A DNA stretch of 64,000 nt, from assembly GCA_000004695.1 (NCBI GenBank), contig CM000153.2:2880001-2944000 (forward strand). Direction: 5' to 3'. Under the pieces are notes generated by a model. That model had not been told where the DNA came from, did not search any database, and was given only the letters and a program-made list of their open reading frames with translations. Each line of letters begins with the position of its first letter. Positions within the stretch are counted from its first letter, which is position 1. A program made the translations under genes and the position numbers. The stretch is from Dictyostelium discoideum (lineage: Eukaryota). Shown here piece after piece: positions 1 through 14,734 of this stretch.

Positions 1-73
1 TTTCATTTTCATCAGAACTCTCACGACTCATACTCATACTTATAATAAATAATAAATATTAAACAAATAAATA

Positions 74-1142
<1,069 letters not shown>

Positions 1143-1700
1143 AAAAAAAAAAAGAAAAAAGAAAAAATAAAATATACAAATGGTTACCAACTAGTAACTT
1201 GTAAAAAAAGAATTAAATAGACGAAACCACTACTATCATCATATCACTGCCGCCACCACTACCTCCACTATCTCCACCACTATCTCCACCACCACCCCCG
1301 AATCATTACACTCTCTCTTTCTCACAAATAAAATATAATATCACACAAATTTAAAAAAAAAAAAAATAAAAAAAAAAAAAAGATTAATCTCTAATTTTTT
1401 ATTTTTTTATTTTTTTTTTTGGGAACAATTATAATAAAAATAAAATAAAACATCTGCAAAGATTTAATGTTTTGAAAAAAAAAAAAAAAAAATTAATTTA
1501 TTCCAATTGTTTCCGAAAAAAAAAAAAAAAAAATTACCAATTTATAAAACTATTTCCTTTTTTGAGATGTTTATTTTTTTTTTTTTTTATTTAATCTTTT
1601 AGTTTTTTTATTAATGTAAACTCACTTTTTTATATTTTATTTTTATTTTTTTTTAAAAGGAAAAAGTCATTAAAAATTTTTTGAAAAAAAAAAAAAAAAA

Positions 1701-1997
1701 ATGGAAGAAATAGAAACTATAATACAAGAACCATCCAAACAAAGTCATCCATTATTATCATTTTCATTATCAGGTGATTCAGCAGTTTTTTATCCATCAG
1801 TAGAGGATTTAAGATTAATTTATGCTTTAAGTGAAAATAAACTAAAAGAATTACTAAATCAAAAGAGACAAATAGAAGAAGAGATAAGAAAAATACAAGA
1901 CAAAATCATTAGAATGGAGATTGAATTACAAAATAATCAATTTTGTGAAATTAGAAAAATTCAATCAAATTTTAATAATATTAAAATAATCGAATAA
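1701..1997 (+). CDS. Hypothetical small coiled-coil protein (98 aa).
   Basis: Clean single-exon ORF with a heptad-like charged C-terminal half. No recognisable domain. Confidence 0.3.
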   Translation: MEEIETIIQEPSKQSHPLLSFSLSGDSAVFYPSVEDLRLIYALSENKLKELLNQKRQIEEEIRKIQDKIIRMEIELQNNQFCEIRKIQSNFNNIKIIE

Positions 1998-2031
1998 ATA
2001 ATTGTTTATTTTTAAATTTAATATTTTATTT

Positions 2032-2082
<51 letters not shown>

Positions 2083-2149
2083 GCTTTTTTTTTTTTTTTT
2101 TTTTTTTGCTTTTTTTTATTCAAAATTACACAAACGAATCATTGGTATT

Positions 2150-4091
2150 ATGCAGTTTGAAAAGGTAATTGAAGGATTTAAAAGTGGGATAAATAATGAA
2201 AAATTGAATTTACCAATCCCATGGGATTGGGTTTGTAATAATTTAATATCACTACTACAAGAGTATTCTGATGGTGTTACTTCAACAATAGTAAAAACAG
2301 ATTTACAAAATAAGGTATGAAATACATATATTATAATTATTATATGATAAATTTTTTTTTTTTATTTATTTAAAAATACAATCTACTAACATGTAATTAT
2401 AAATAAAAATCTTAAAAAACTCTTTTTAGTGGGATTTAGAGGGTATTGATGTAATTTCTAACATTAATAATGGTTTAAATAATAGTTTCAATAATAACGA
2501 CAACGAAATTGATTATAAAAAACCAAAATCATTATATTTATCTTATAAAAGAGAAACAATACCATTTGATTCAATTATAGAGACAACAATACAATCAATC
2601 AATAGAAAAGATAATCAACCAAATACGAATGATGAACAACAAACACAAACGCAACCAAAAAAAAAATTGAAACATCATCACCATCAAAGTTTTTCAAATA
2701 TAATTACCATTGGTGATTCTTACTATATCAATCAATTATGGTTACATCCAAGATTTTATAGTTATTTATCTGAATATTTTGGTAATTCACCTTTAATTTC
2801 ACCTGGTAGAAATATTAGAATTTCAAATATTTTACAACAATATTCAAAAGCTTCAAAAATTTTTAAACTTGATAATAATAATAATAATAATAATGATAAT
2901 AATGATAATAATAATAATAATAATAAAAAGGTACAAAATAAAAAACAAATTATATTACCATCATCAGTATTAATAATGATATTAAAAGATATTGAAGATT
3001 TATCATTTACAGAAAGATTAAAACATTTTAAATTATCAAATATATTTCTTGATGGTAATAAATCATTCATTCCTGATGAAAATTCAGTATTATGGTTACG
3101 AGTTGAGAAAATATTAAAAGTAGAGGAAAAGAATACTCAATATAAATGGGATAGGATTCTACCATATGATAGTTTCTTAGGTCATAGTATGAAACAAGTA
3201 ATGATATTATCAGAGTTATTAGATTTTAGAAAAGATAATATAAAGGATCAATCATTATCAATCTCACCATACACTGTTGAATTGGTATTCTGGGATGAGC
3301 AAATCGGATATTTAAGATTACTACAAAAAGGTGAAAAAATCAGAATTAAAGGAGTTTATTATAATAATAATAATAATTTTAATAATATAAATAATACAAA
3401 TAATAATGATATTAATAGAATCGTTTTAGAAGTATTACCATCTTCAACAATATGTGTATTACCAAATGATAATAAAATAAGCCCAACTATAAATTCAACA
3501 ACGACAACTGCCACCCCTTCTACCACTTTGGCAAACACTACATCTAAAATTTCAGAAAGAATGGATATTTCTAATGCTTTTGGAACAAATTTTTCATTAT
3601 TGGTTAATATTTTAGAAGTTGATTTTTCAAAGAAACAACAAATTATTTATAAAGTTTATCAAAATAATACAATAGCAAAAACAATAGATATAGTTTTAAA
3701 AATTGATGAAAATAATAGTAAAAATAACAACAATAATATAATTAGCAATAGCATATATAAAAATAATAGAATCGAAGAAGGTCAATTAGTTTATTTTAAA
3801 AATTTAAATATAAAAGATGGTGTTGTTTATTGTATTGAAAACAACAACCCATTATACAATAATAATAATAATAATAATAGCTATAACTATATTATTATTT
3901 CAAAAATTCAAGGTTTATTATCAAGTAGATTTCTATATAATCAAATTAATATTGATCAATTAAATGATTACTCAAATTCAGTTTTCATTGGCGCAATAAT
4001 TGGTATAAATAATGAAAGTAGAAAAAATTTACAAAAGGTTCATTCAGTTTGTAATAAAGAAATTAATTTAACAAATACCAATATTATAGAA

Positions 4092-4156
<65 letters not shown>

Positions 4157-4484
4157 TAATAATAAAGATTTTATATTTTGTCAACATTGTAATAGATCAA
4201 TTAATCAAGTTGAAATAATGTTAAAATTTAATTTCACTTATAAAATTTGTAGTCCCATTGGTATTGGTAATGATGTAACAACAAAAACTAGAATCAATTT
4301 AAGTGCAACATCAACAGCCCATTTTCAATTCCTACAACTAAATGAATCAGAATTTGAGTTATTACCAATTGAAAAACAAACCAAACTATTCAATTTAATA
4401 ATTGGAAAATTTTATTATCTTTCAATATCAAAAATTGACGAAAATCAATTTAGAATTGATAATTGTTCAAATTATCAATATTAA
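2150..4484 (+). CDS. Hypothetical N-rich protein, 2 exons: join(2150..2314,2430..4484), ~740 aa.
   Basis: ATG at 2150. Donor aag|GTATGA at 2315; acceptor tttttAG at 2429. The frame stays open from the first base after the acceptor through to the stop at 4484. The ORF track only starts at a TTG at 2667 because an in-frame TAG lies inside the intron. Contains poly-N and a Thr-rich linker. I do not recognise the family. Confidence 0.55.
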
Positions 4485-4597
4485 ATAATATAAAATAAAA
4501 TAAATACAATTTATTATGTTTTTTATGTTTTTTATTACTTTTTTATTCTTTATTATTTATTTTTTTTTTGTATTATTAAAATTAATTATTTAGTTAT

Positions 4598-5473
4598 TTA
4601 ATCTTCTAATCTTCTATTCCATAATCTTTTACTTTGTAAAATGACAGAATTATAAATCCAAATATTAATTTGAAGTTGTAAAGATTCTTTTGAAAGATGA
4701 CCAGTGTATCTAATTGGATTATGAGAAGTTTTATCAGTGTAAACCACTTTAGCACCACCATCAACGGCATTAACACCAACACCACTTTTATCTAAAAAGT
4801 TTTGAATCTCTTCAATTAGAGATACTATATAATTTGAAGTGATATCAGTATCCAATAAAGCATCACCATCATTGAAACCATATTTTCCAAAGATTGAAGA
4901 TAATGTACATCTTTCAAAAACGATTGATTGAACACTATGTTGATTTTTTAAACGAGTAACAGTACCTCTTGAACCAAATGTTAAAACTCTTAAAAATTCA
5001 ACGATTTGTGAACTATAAGGTTGAAATAATTCATCATCACAATCTAATGGGAATAATGAAAAATTGAAATAACCAACGACATCACCAGCATATGGTGAAT
5101 CTGAAGAATGTTTTTCTAACCATTGATTACCATTAAATTTTAAAAGTGCATCTTCTTTATCTATAAATCTAAATGCACCAATTGGTGTATTCACTTTACC
5201 ATTTAAAACGATATTACCAGTTGGACAACGACTATCTAATCCTACTTCTTCATCATCTTCTTCATCTTCATCTTCTTGATCATCATCATTTTTATTACTA
5301 TTATTATTATTATTATTGCTATTATTGCTATTATTATTTAAAATAAATGTTGTCATTGTCAAACCTTTTGACATTTCTTCAATAAATCTTTTTCTCCACC
5401 AACTTCCGTTTGGATTTATAATTTTCTCTGATTTCCATCTGCCTGGTTCTGTAAATTCACTACATTCACTCAT
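4598..5473 (-). CDS. Conserved hypothetical protein (at least 291 aa). An upstream 5' exon is possible.
   Basis: Long complex ORF on the minus strand with an acidic/poly-N linker, then a globular C-terminal domain (…CPTGNIVLNGKV…GTVTRLKNQ…DGGAKVVYTDKTSHNP…). The frame upstream of the ATG at 5473 is still open (…KDLEEKKRLGFKPEQYIVSI-M), so the true start may lie upstream or be spliced. Confidence 0.45.
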   Translation of the reverse strand: MSECSEFTEPGRWKSEKIINPNGSWWRKRFIEEMSKGLTMTTFILNNNSNNSNNNNNNSNKNDDDQEDEDEEDDEEVGLDSRCPTGNIVLNGKVNTPIGAFRFIDKEDALLKFNGNQWLEKHSSDSPYAGDVVGYFNFSLFPLDCDDELFQPYSSQIVEFLRVLTFGSRGTVTRLKNQHSVQSIVFERCTLSSIFGKYGFNDGDALLDTDITSNYIVSLIEEIQNFLDKSGVGVNAVDGGAKVVYTDKTSHNPIRYTGHLSKESLQLQINIWIYNSVILQSKRLWNRRLED

Positions 5474-5879
5474 AATTGATACTATATATTGTTCTGGTTT
5501 AAACCCTAATCTTTTTTTCTCTTCTAAATCTTTTGGAAAAAAAATAAAATAATATTTTTAATATTAGTATACATTCAAACAAAATAATATTGATTGGTTG
5601 GTTGGTGTGAAATTTCCAAATTGTGAATTCGTTTTATAAAAAAAAGCCTACATTTCTTTTTAAAATATTCTTTATTTTTATTTCTAGTTTCCTCAAATGG
5701 ATAAATTTGATGTAAATTCCATCTATCAATAGAATATTGAATCCAACATTTATCTAATTTTATTAAAACTGAATTCCATTTTTTATTTAATTTTGAACAA
5801 CTAAAATAATAACAATAATGAAATCATTTATTAGTATATATCATTTATATTTATAAATTTATTTATAAATAATATAAAA

Positions 5880-6076
5880 TTAATTAATTTCAAATAAATA
5901 CTTTGTAAAATCTTGAGGTGATATTGATTCAAAGATTTGATATAAAATTTGATGTGGTAATGAAATAAGTTCAATATCTTTCTTTTTTTGGGTATTATTA
6001 TTATTATTATTGTGTTGGTTAATATTTTTATTATTAATATTATTGCTACTACTTTTAATATTAGTTTTATTTTTTA

Positions 6077-6167
<91 letters not shown>

Positions 6168-6443
6168 TTCTGAATCAATATTTGTAGGTTTTAATTTATT
6201 TATTTCTTCTTTTAATTCATCTAAAATATCATCTTGATGTTGTTTTGTTTTATTTATATTTTCATCATCTTTATTTTTATTTTTATTATTATTATTTTTA
6301 TCATTTTTATCATTATCTGGTGGTGAAGGTTTAATTGCTTTAAATAAACCAAATGTTAAGACAATCACTGAGGCAATAACACCAAATATATATTTATTTT
6401 TAAAAAGTGTTGTAAAAAACGATGCATTATTTGGTGATTGCAT
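5880..6443 (-). CDS. Hypothetical signal-anchor protein with a long poly-Asn tract (187 aa).
   Basis: N-terminal hydrophobic segment (FGVIASVIVLTFGLF), (AAT)n-encoded poly-N, short conserved C-terminal tail. Confidence 0.4.
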
Positions 6444-6738
6444 CTCTTTACTTTTTTTTTATTTTTAAATATTTATTTATATGAGTGTGAAAATAGTAAA
6501 TTTCTTTTGCCAATGTTTTTTTTATTTAAAAAAAAAAAAAAAAAAAAAAACTAATGAAAACATGAAAAAATTGAAAAAAAAAAAAAATTTGTCAAAGGAC
6601 CATCAAATATTTGTCCCGTGAAAAATGTTTAGCTATTATAATACAACTTTTTTTTTTTTTTTACAGTTTGTAATTAATTTTTTAATTGATTAAGAAATTA
6701 GACAATAGATGAATAATTATCATTATAATAAATAGATT

Positions 6739-7924
6739 TTATTTTATTTTAATTGACGAAGTTGTATTATTATTATTATTATTATTATTTGTTGTATTAT
6801 TTGAATTTAAATTTATAAGAGTAATTTCAGGATCACAAAATATACGAAAAGGTGGATGAGTACCAAGTCCACGATTTACATAAAAGTTTAATTTATGAGA
6901 ATTTTGTAAGATTTGAAAATAACCTTTACCAAATTTCCAATTTTTTAAAGTTCTTTTACCAGGATATTTAATATTTCTAATGAATTTAATTGGAATCTTT
7001 TGAATAAAACTTTCAAAGTATGGTAAAAGTGGATCACCATTTGTAAATCTAGTTTTAAAAATTCCATTAAATTTTGGAAAACAAATTTGACTACCATGTG
7101 AATGACCAGCAATAACCACATCAACATTTACATTATTCTCTTTTAATAATGATACATGATCAGGATTATGTATTAAAAGGAATTTAATTAAATCATTTGA
7201 TGTTGTTGAATTTATTTCTCTATATAATCTATCCATTTTATTCTGATCCGTATTTGCATAACTATCAATACCAATTAATTGAATGGCACCACCACCACCA
7301 CCAACTTTATCTTTACCCATTGGATAAACAATATCATTTTCCAATAATGTTATATTTGTATTCTTTAATGCATTTTTAATAATTTCTGGTCCCAATGTTG
7401 TTTTATAATCATGATTACCAAGTATAGCATAAATACCATATTTTGACTATTTTTTTTTTTTATTGAAGATATAGATTATTAATAATCTATTATTATTATT
7501 ATTTTTAATATTTTTTATTAATATTAATTACCTTTAATTGTGATAAATGTTTTTTATATAATTGAGTTATTGGTTCTGGATCCCTTTCAACTAAATCACC
7601 TGTTATTAAGATTAAATCAGGATTTAAAGCATTTGTTGAATTTATAACTTTTTGAAGAAAAGAATCAGATATTCTTAAAGGTAATTTGTCATAGTGTATA
7701 TCTGATAATTGAACTATTTTGAAACTTTTTTTATTTGTTTTACCTTCTACTCTATCTATATTTAATTCTAATGTTTCAATCTTTAAATTACTTGAAAAAA
7801 TTGGATAAAAAACTTTACTAATTAAAAATAATATAATTTTAAAAAATAAAACTTTTAAAATAAATTTTAAAATTATCTTTTTTAAAAATAATATAATTTT
7901 AAAAAATATTGTTTGTAATATCAT
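6739..7924 (-). CDS. Calcineurin-like metallophosphoesterase with N-terminal membrane anchor. join(complement(7532..7924),complement(6739..7446)), ~367 aa.
   Basis: Motifs LSDIHYD, ITGDLV, GNHDY and GHSH are the metallophosphoesterase signature blocks. Intron donor aag|GTAATT (minus strand) at 7531, acceptor ..aatAG at 7447. Frame checked on both sides. Confidence 0.8.
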
Positions 7925-8297
7925 CTTTTATTTTTATCTTTTATTATTTTTATCTTTTTTTTTTTTTTTTTTTTTTTTTGTTTTTTTTTAATTAAATGAT
8001 AATGTTTTAATAAAAATAAAAAATAAAAATAAAAAAAAAAGGAGAAAAAAAAAAATGAAAAAAATTAATATTAGGGGACTTAATTTTTTGGGTTAGTGAC
8101 TCATTTATATTGTTTTGATGAGATGACGAATCTTTTTTTTTATTTTTTTTTATTTTATTTTTAATTTTATTTTTAAACTCGGAAACCCTTTTATGGAAAA
8201 TGTAAGAACAAAAAAAAAAAAAGACAAATGTTTTTGTTTGTTTTTTTTTACAATCAATTTTATTTATAGAAGGAGAAGGAAGGAAGCGTATTATTGA

Positions 8298-8391
<94 letters not shown>

Positions 8392-8445
8392 TTTATTATT
8401 TTTATTTAATTAATAGTTTATTAATTATTTGTTTATTTTTATTTA

Positions 8446-10076
8446 TTATTTAGTAGTTAAAGGATCTATTGTTTGTGGAATCTCAATTTCAAATTTGATT
8501 GTAAGTTTATTGCCAACAACAAAACCCTCACCCAAAGTATTTATAGTTTTACATTCTGCAAATTTTTCCCATCCAATACCTTTATCGTTTTGAAAGTATG
8601 AATTTTTTTCTAAAAACAATTATTATTTTTTTTTTTTTTTTTTTTTGGTTTAGACAATATAATAAAAATTATATAAATTAAATATTACATAAATTAAATA
8701 ATATAAATTATTTAAATATTTTTTTTTTTAAAAAAAAAAACATAAAATAAAAATTAATAAAATGGATATTAATTAAACATATATATATATATATTTTTAA
8801 AAAAATAAAATAAAATAAAATAAAATTTACCTTTTTTAATTGATTTTGTTGGATCGGAATTTACAATTTCAAAAGAGAATTTAATATTAATATTTGGGGA
8901 AGCTTCATGTAAATGAAGATAAAGTGAAATGTAATCTTTATTTGCTGGAGTGAAACCATTTGGAAAACAAGACACATTATATTTTCTAGAGTTAAAGTAA
9001 AACATTGGACAAGATACTCGCTTGGTAGAGGTAACTTCATCGTTTGGGATATCGATTACTTTTTGCATCCAATTTTCAATTACCCATTGATTTGAGTATT
9101 TATTTATATTGGTTAACCTTTTCTCCAAAGTTTCATGACTACATTTCAATCGTTTGAAACATCTATCACTCTCATCCAGTAGGATACGATGTTGATCTAT
9201 AATGTTTTGAATGAAACCTATATGATTATTCTCTGATGCTAAATGATTGGCTTGATGTTTTCTTTGAAAGCTTACTTGACATCCACCCTCTTTATATTTA
9301 CATTGAATGGTCATCTCGGGACATACCTCCAAATGCTCCGATAATTCCATTCTCAACATCTCTAATTTACAATGTGTACACTTTATTTTGTATGATTGAC
9401 ATTCGCTCTCCAAATGATCCTTATTGATTTTGGCTATTGGTGTTTTACAATATTGACATGGTACTTTTAAATATTCACAAGACTTATTATGTTCCTCCAA
9501 TTGATTCTTTCTAAATCTACTATTAATTTTACATTCATCACCATTTGGACAATTTATAAATGCATATTGACAATTTTTAAAATGTGTTTCCATCTCTTCA
9601 ATTCTAATTATATCTTTACATCCATTCTCTTCATCTTTAATTATTTTACCATCTTCTTTTTCTTCTTTATATTGATATTTACAATATACCTTTAAAAAAA
9701 AATAAAAAAATAAAAATAATATAAAATAAAAATAAAATAAAAAATTAAATGTTATTATTAATTTTAATCCTTTTTTTAAAAATTATTTATTATTAAAAAT
9801 ATTATTTATTCTTACCTTTTTCTTTTTAAATTCACTTTCTAAAAATAAATTACGTGATAAAAACTCTAATTTTACTTTTGCCCTACAGATTGGACATTCT
9901 TTTTTCTTATTTTCAATCTGTTTTGTCCAACAATCTGAGCATAAACAATGGCCATGAGGACATTGATTAACTTGAATTTTATCGTGACTCTCACTAAGGA
10001 GATCTGTACACACTATGCATGAAAAACTTTCTGATAATGGTTTAACTAATAAATCACTAATTTTAAACTCTGTCAT
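8446..10076 (-). CDS. RING finger + TRAF-type zinc fingers + MATH/TRAF-C domain protein (TRAF-like E3 ligase). 3 exons: join(complement(9816..10076),complement(8831..9689),complement(8446..8609)), ~428 aa.
   Basis: Exon 1 is a C3HC4 RING (CIVC…CPHGHCLCSDCW…CPICR). Exon 2 has repeated TRAF-type CX2CX11-12HX3C fingers. Exons 2–3 form a MATH domain (…NVSCFPNGF…KFSFEIVN…FQNDKGIGWEKF…KLTIKFEIEI). Introns are GTAAGA..AG and GTAAAT..AG, with phases consistent. Confidence 0.8.
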
Positions 10077-11115
10077 TTCATAATATTATTATTATTATTG
10101 TTACGTATTAAAAAAAAAAAAAAAAAAAAAAAATTTTTGATTCTATTTTGTTTCTTAAATTATTATAATTGTTAATATTATTTACAATGTTTATTTATGT
10201 TTTATTATTATTATTATCTTTATTATTTAATATCTTTTATTAATTAATTAATTAATTTTTTTTTTTTCTTTTTAATTGGTTTTTTTTTTTTTATTAAATT
10301 TTTTTTTTTTTTTTTTTCTATCTCTTTCTTTAATATTTCTATCTTATCCTTTTAAGTGTTTATTTTTTTTTTTTTTTTTATTTTTTTTTTCTTTTTTAAA
10401 AATAAAAAAATAAAAAAAATAAAAAAATTAAATGCAAAAACAATTTAAAATTTTTTTTTTTTTTTTTTCTTTTTTTTTTTTTAAAAAATTTCAAGAATTA
10501 TTGGAATTATGATCGCGCTCCCACTAAATAAAAAAATTTTAATTAAAATAAAAAATAAATTAATTATTAAATGGATATTTTTAGAAGTCGAGCTTAGGTT
10601 TCGAAGATCTTAGCACAAATTCGTTCTATTCATTTATTAATAAATTAATTTTCTTTTTTTAGGTCAAAATTTCAATATAAACACAATTTTTAAGGTGTAT
10701 TTTCATAGGATGATTCCTTAATATGAAATCAATTAATTAAAAGAATATGTAAAACCCAATTAATTTTCGATTTGATGATTTTTTAATTTTTCTTTTGATT
10801 TGGATTGGACAAAAAAAAAAAAAAAAAAAAAACTGTTTAAAATTCAATCCACTCGTTAATTAATTAATTTTCTTTTAATTAAAAAAAATTAAAAAAAAAA
10901 GACGATAAAAATAAAAATAAAAATAAAAATAAAAAAAAAAAAGAAAATATCTTCACATCAAAAAGAAAAATATCAAGCGAGTGACCTTTCGGTTTAATTT
11001 TATTTACACATGCATGAGAAGTATATTTAAATGAAATTTAATTACTAAATTTTGATTGGATATGGTTTTCATTTTTTTTTTTTTTTTCCTTTTAAAAAAA
11101 TTTAATAATTAAATT

Positions 11116-11158
<43 letters not shown>

Positions 11159-11264
11159 AAATAAAAAAAATAAGGAAGTAAATAAATAAATAAATATATA
11201 AAATAAAAATTTTTTAAAAAAAAAAAGAAAAATAAAAAACTAAAAATAAAAAATCTAATAATCT

Positions 11265-11400
11265 GTGCGACACAAGCAAAAAAAAACACCATTTCTTTTT
11301 TTTCTGACGAAAATGATCATCACAAAAGTTTTGAAATAAAAAATAAAATAATAAAAAATAATTTCCAAACCACCAGGACAAAAAAAAAAAAAAAAAGAAA
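11265..11400 (+). repeat. ~135-bp dispersed repeat, copy 1 (direct repeat with 14735..14885).
   Basis: Shared blocks GTG[C/T]GACA…AAAAAAACACC[A/G]TTT…CTGAC[G/A]AAAATGATCA…AATAATTT[C/T]CAAACCACCAGGACA. Confidence 0.45.
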
Positions 11401-11852
11401 AAACCATTAAAAATTCAGTCCAACCATTAATTAATTTTAAAAAAATTAATAGACATGTTCATTTGGTGATTTTCTTAATCAAAAAAAAAAACGATAAAAA
11501 AAAAAAGACGATAAAAAAAAAAGGTAAAAATAAAAAAAAAAAAAAAAAAAAAAAAAAATTCTAAACAGCCAAAGAATTACAACATCGCCATTATTCCAAA
11601 CATTAACAAAATTGATAGGTATTAGTTGAGAAGGTTCTAATTTATCACCGGAAAGATATTGGGGTGTTTTCTTAATTTTCTATTCAACTTTTACTCAAAA
11701 AATAAATAAAAAATAAAAAAAAGTTTATATGTTTAAAAACTAAAATTTTAATAAAATAATTTTTATTATTTATTTATTATTTTTTATTCCCTCCTTTTTT
11801 TTTAAAGTATTATTTAAATTGTTATTATTATTATTATTATTATTATTTAAAT

Positions 11853-14129
11853 TTAATTATTAATAATTCTAAAATTTAAAACCTCTTTAAAGTAAATTAT
11901 AAACTTTGGTTGAAAACAAGTATAAGCTTTATCTATTAGATAATTTATATCATATATTGTTAGAATTTTTGAAGTTGGAGTTATTTCATTTAATAATATA
12001 TTTTTATGTTTTTCAGAATTTACTATATATTCAAACATTTCTAATTTACCTAACGATATTGAATAAGATAATATTCTAGTAATTACTCTTGAACAATGAC
12101 TTAATGATAATATTCTTTCAAATAATTTAAAATCCGATCTAACTGCAATTTCAAATATTAATGAATCATTTAAAATAATATCCTTATCAGCAATATGTAA
12201 ACCTTGATGATAATAATATAATAATAATGGTGCATTAATAATTTGGGATGGATCTTGAACTAGATGAGTTGTTTTTGATTTCATTCTCCTAATTTCATTA
12301 AAAAGGTATGAAATTTTCTCTATTGACCCATGTAAATAATATTTTGATTTAAAAAGTGTTACAAGGTCAGTTTCTTTTAAAAAGTCTTTAATATTATCGT
12401 TATCTAATATAAAATCTATAGTTTCATTTGAACAAATTCTAATTTGATAAAAAATATAAACATTTCCTAAATCAGCAAAATAATTAATTGGATAATTATT
12501 TTTATAATGATACAATAATTGATAATTATTATTATTATTTCTTAATTCATCATCACCATCACCATCGCCATTATCTTCTCCTTGTTCTCTTTTAGTAAAT
12601 AAACAATCGATTTTAAATTTAATAATTGGTTTTAGTTCTAAATTATTTGGTGATAATAAATAGTCAATTACTTGAGTTGATTTTGGGAATACAAATGTTT
12701 GATGTGGTAAAGTAGCATTTGAAGTTGTGGTAGAAGATCTTCTAATTTTATCTTTTAATAAATTTCCAACCATTTCAATTAAAATAATATCATTTAATGA
12801 AACTAATAAATCAAATAAATCAATCATAATTCTAAAACTAATATTGCCACCATCTAAAAAATAATCTAAATATTTTATTTGTAAATCTTTTCTTCCATTA
12901 CAATTTTCAAATAAAAATTTTCTTGCATCAAATCCAACTAAATATCTAAACCATTCATAATTTTCATTATTACCACTACCACTACTTTTAAACATTATAC
13001 AATAATATAAATAATTTCTAATAGATTGTTTTTCAACACTATATGGTATTATCATTTTAAATAATTTTGAAATTAATAATTTTATTTTTTCATTTTCATT
13101 ATTAATATTATTATTATTATTATTATTAAAATTTATATTTTTAATTATTATTGATAATGGTAAATTTAAATTTTTAAATTGTAATTTTATATTATCTAAT
13201 TCCTCAATTGATAATGGTTCATCAATTGTTTCTTTTAAAAGTGGATTAATTAAAATATCAGATGACCCAAAACTTTGATTATTTAATTGTTTTTTTTTTA
13301 ATTCCCAGTTTTCTAATGATGGTAAATTTAAAATTGAAATACTATAACATGAATTTAATAATGACTCTAATGTTGATTTGAAAAATAGTGTATTAATTTT
13401 ATAATCTATTGGTTTTAATTGATTTGGTATTGTTTTATTTGATAATTGTAAAGTTTTAAAAACTAAATATTGTAATTTTTTATCGATATCAATTGACCGA
13501 TTTTCTTTATTTATTATTGAATTCCATAAGATCTGATTATCCATTTCTGGGCAACCCAATTGATTATAAATATAGTTTGCCATTTTAAATGAATTCAATC
13601 TAACTGATGATATAAACATAGTAAGAGTTGGTTCAATTAATTTATATTCCATATAAAGTAAATCTAATGCTATATAATTATCATATGAAATTAACTTTTC
13701 AACTAATAATTTAATATTCATAAATTTAAAAAAACTTGAATAATAATTTTTAAATAAATAATAATAAAATTCTATATCATTATGTAATGAAATAATTTCA
13801 ATTGATTCCTCTTCTTCTTCATCTTCTTCTTCTTCTCTAGTTGTTTTTATTTTTTTTATTTTTTTTTTTTTTTTAATATCTGGAATTGAAAAAATTGAAA
13901 ATAAAAAATCAGATTTCTTTGGATCAAATTTAATTTCTTCATTTTTTTTTAATTCATTTTTATTTTTATTTTTATTTTTATTATTTTCACAATTTCCAAA
14001 GAATCTATTTATATCATGAGGATATTGTAGAGGAAAATATATTTCATTTGATACTGGGTAAAATGATAAATTCTCTTTACCTATTTTAACTTTATCTTTT
14101 AATAATGAATAATGTTTATTATCTATCAT
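11853..14129 (-). CDS. Hypothetical 758-aa protein. Distant paralog of the 48529 and 53402 genes (lineage-specific family).
   Basis: Single long ORF. Shares sequence blocks with the two ~900-aa paralogs downstream, e.g. MANYIYNQLG here versus VAQYIFNQLF there. No known domain recognised. Confidence 0.5.
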   Translation of the reverse strand: MIDNKHYSLLKDKVKIGKENLSFYPVSNEIYFPLQYPHDINRFFGNCENNKNKNKNKNELKKNEEIKFDPKKSDFLFSIFSIPDIKKKKKIKKIKTTREEEEDEEEEESIEIISLHNDIEFYYYLFKNYYSSFFKFMNIKLLVEKLISYDNYIALDLLYMEYKLIEPTLTMFISSVRLNSFKMANYIYNQLGCPEMDNQILWNSIINKENRSIDIDKKLQYLVFKTLQLSNKTIPNQLKPIDYKINTLFFKSTLESLLNSCYSISILNLPSLENWELKKKQLNNQSFGSSDILINPLLKETIDEPLSIEELDNIKLQFKNLNLPLSIIIKNINFNNNNNNNINNENEKIKLLISKLFKMIIPYSVEKQSIRNYLYYCIMFKSSGSGNNENYEWFRYLVGFDARKFLFENCNGRKDLQIKYLDYFLDGGNISFRIMIDLFDLLVSLNDIILIEMVGNLLKDKIRRSSTTTSNATLPHQTFVFPKSTQVIDYLLSPNNLELKPIIKFKIDCLFTKREQGEDNGDGDGDDELRNNNNNYQLLYHYKNNYPINYFADLGNVYIFYQIRICSNETIDFILDNDNIKDFLKETDLVTLFKSKYYLHGSIEKISYLFNEIRRMKSKTTHLVQDPSQIINAPLLLYYYHQGLHIADKDIILNDSLIFEIAVRSDFKLFERILSLSHCSRVITRILSYSISLGKLEMFEYIVNSEKHKNILLNEITPTSKILTIYDINYLIDKAYTCFQPKFIIYFKEVLNFRIINN

Positions 14130-14734
14130 CCATTGAACACTAGTTATTTCGTCATATTTAAATTTTCCCTATTTTAAATAATAATTTTTTTTTTTTTTTT
14201 TTTTTTTTATTATCATTAGTGTGTTGTAAATTATTTTTTTTAATTACTATTTAAAACAACTAATTAAAAGATTTAATAAATACCCCCATAAAAGATGAGG
14301 TTGAAATAAATGAAAAAATTAAAGATGAAATATATTTATTATTAAAAACTTTAAAAAATAATTGTTTTTCCATTTTAACAAAAATCTAAAAAAAAAAAAA
14401 ACCTATAATGATTTAAAAAAAAAATAAAAAAAAAATAAAAAAAAAAAATTCTTTTTTATTTCTAAAAAATTTTTTTTTTTTTTTTTTTTTTTTTATGATT
14501 GGTAACCTTGTTTTCTAGGTTGGAAAAACAATTGGTTTTAGCGTGTCATTTCAAAATATGCATTACCACGTTTTATAAAAATTTTCTAGTCACCAATAAA
14601 AAATTCCTATTACATTTTGAAAAAACACGATAAAACCAATTGTTTTCTCAAACTAGAAAACTTGTTGTTGTTCATCTAATTTGAAAAAAAAAAAAAAATA
14701 AAACTAAAAATAAAACTAAAATAAAAAATCAAAT

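Noticed and set aside
1201-1330. C-rich tract (CCACCACTACCTCCAC…) that could be a minus-strand Gly-rich exon
   Set aside because: No ORF of 60 aa or more and no splice context. It sits in the 3' flank of PA28 and is most simply a 3'-UTR or spacer.
6945-7127. Small antisense ORFs inside the metallophosphoesterase and other genes (e.g. 9236..9427+, 9489..9695+, 21703..21906+, 31053..31313+, 33206..33836+, 36622..36804-, 43440..44613, 48061..48264-, 52805..52987-, 54148..54711-, 55048..55791, 57631..58209-, 59299..59532+, 62526..62726-)
   Set aside because: They are nested in or antisense to strongly supported CDSs. They are short with no domain signal.
8300-8395. Long perfect (ATT)n arrays considered as CRISPR-like or satellite arrays
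   Set aside because: Simple trinucleotide microsatellites with no spacer structure. This is a eukaryotic genome with no CRISPR.
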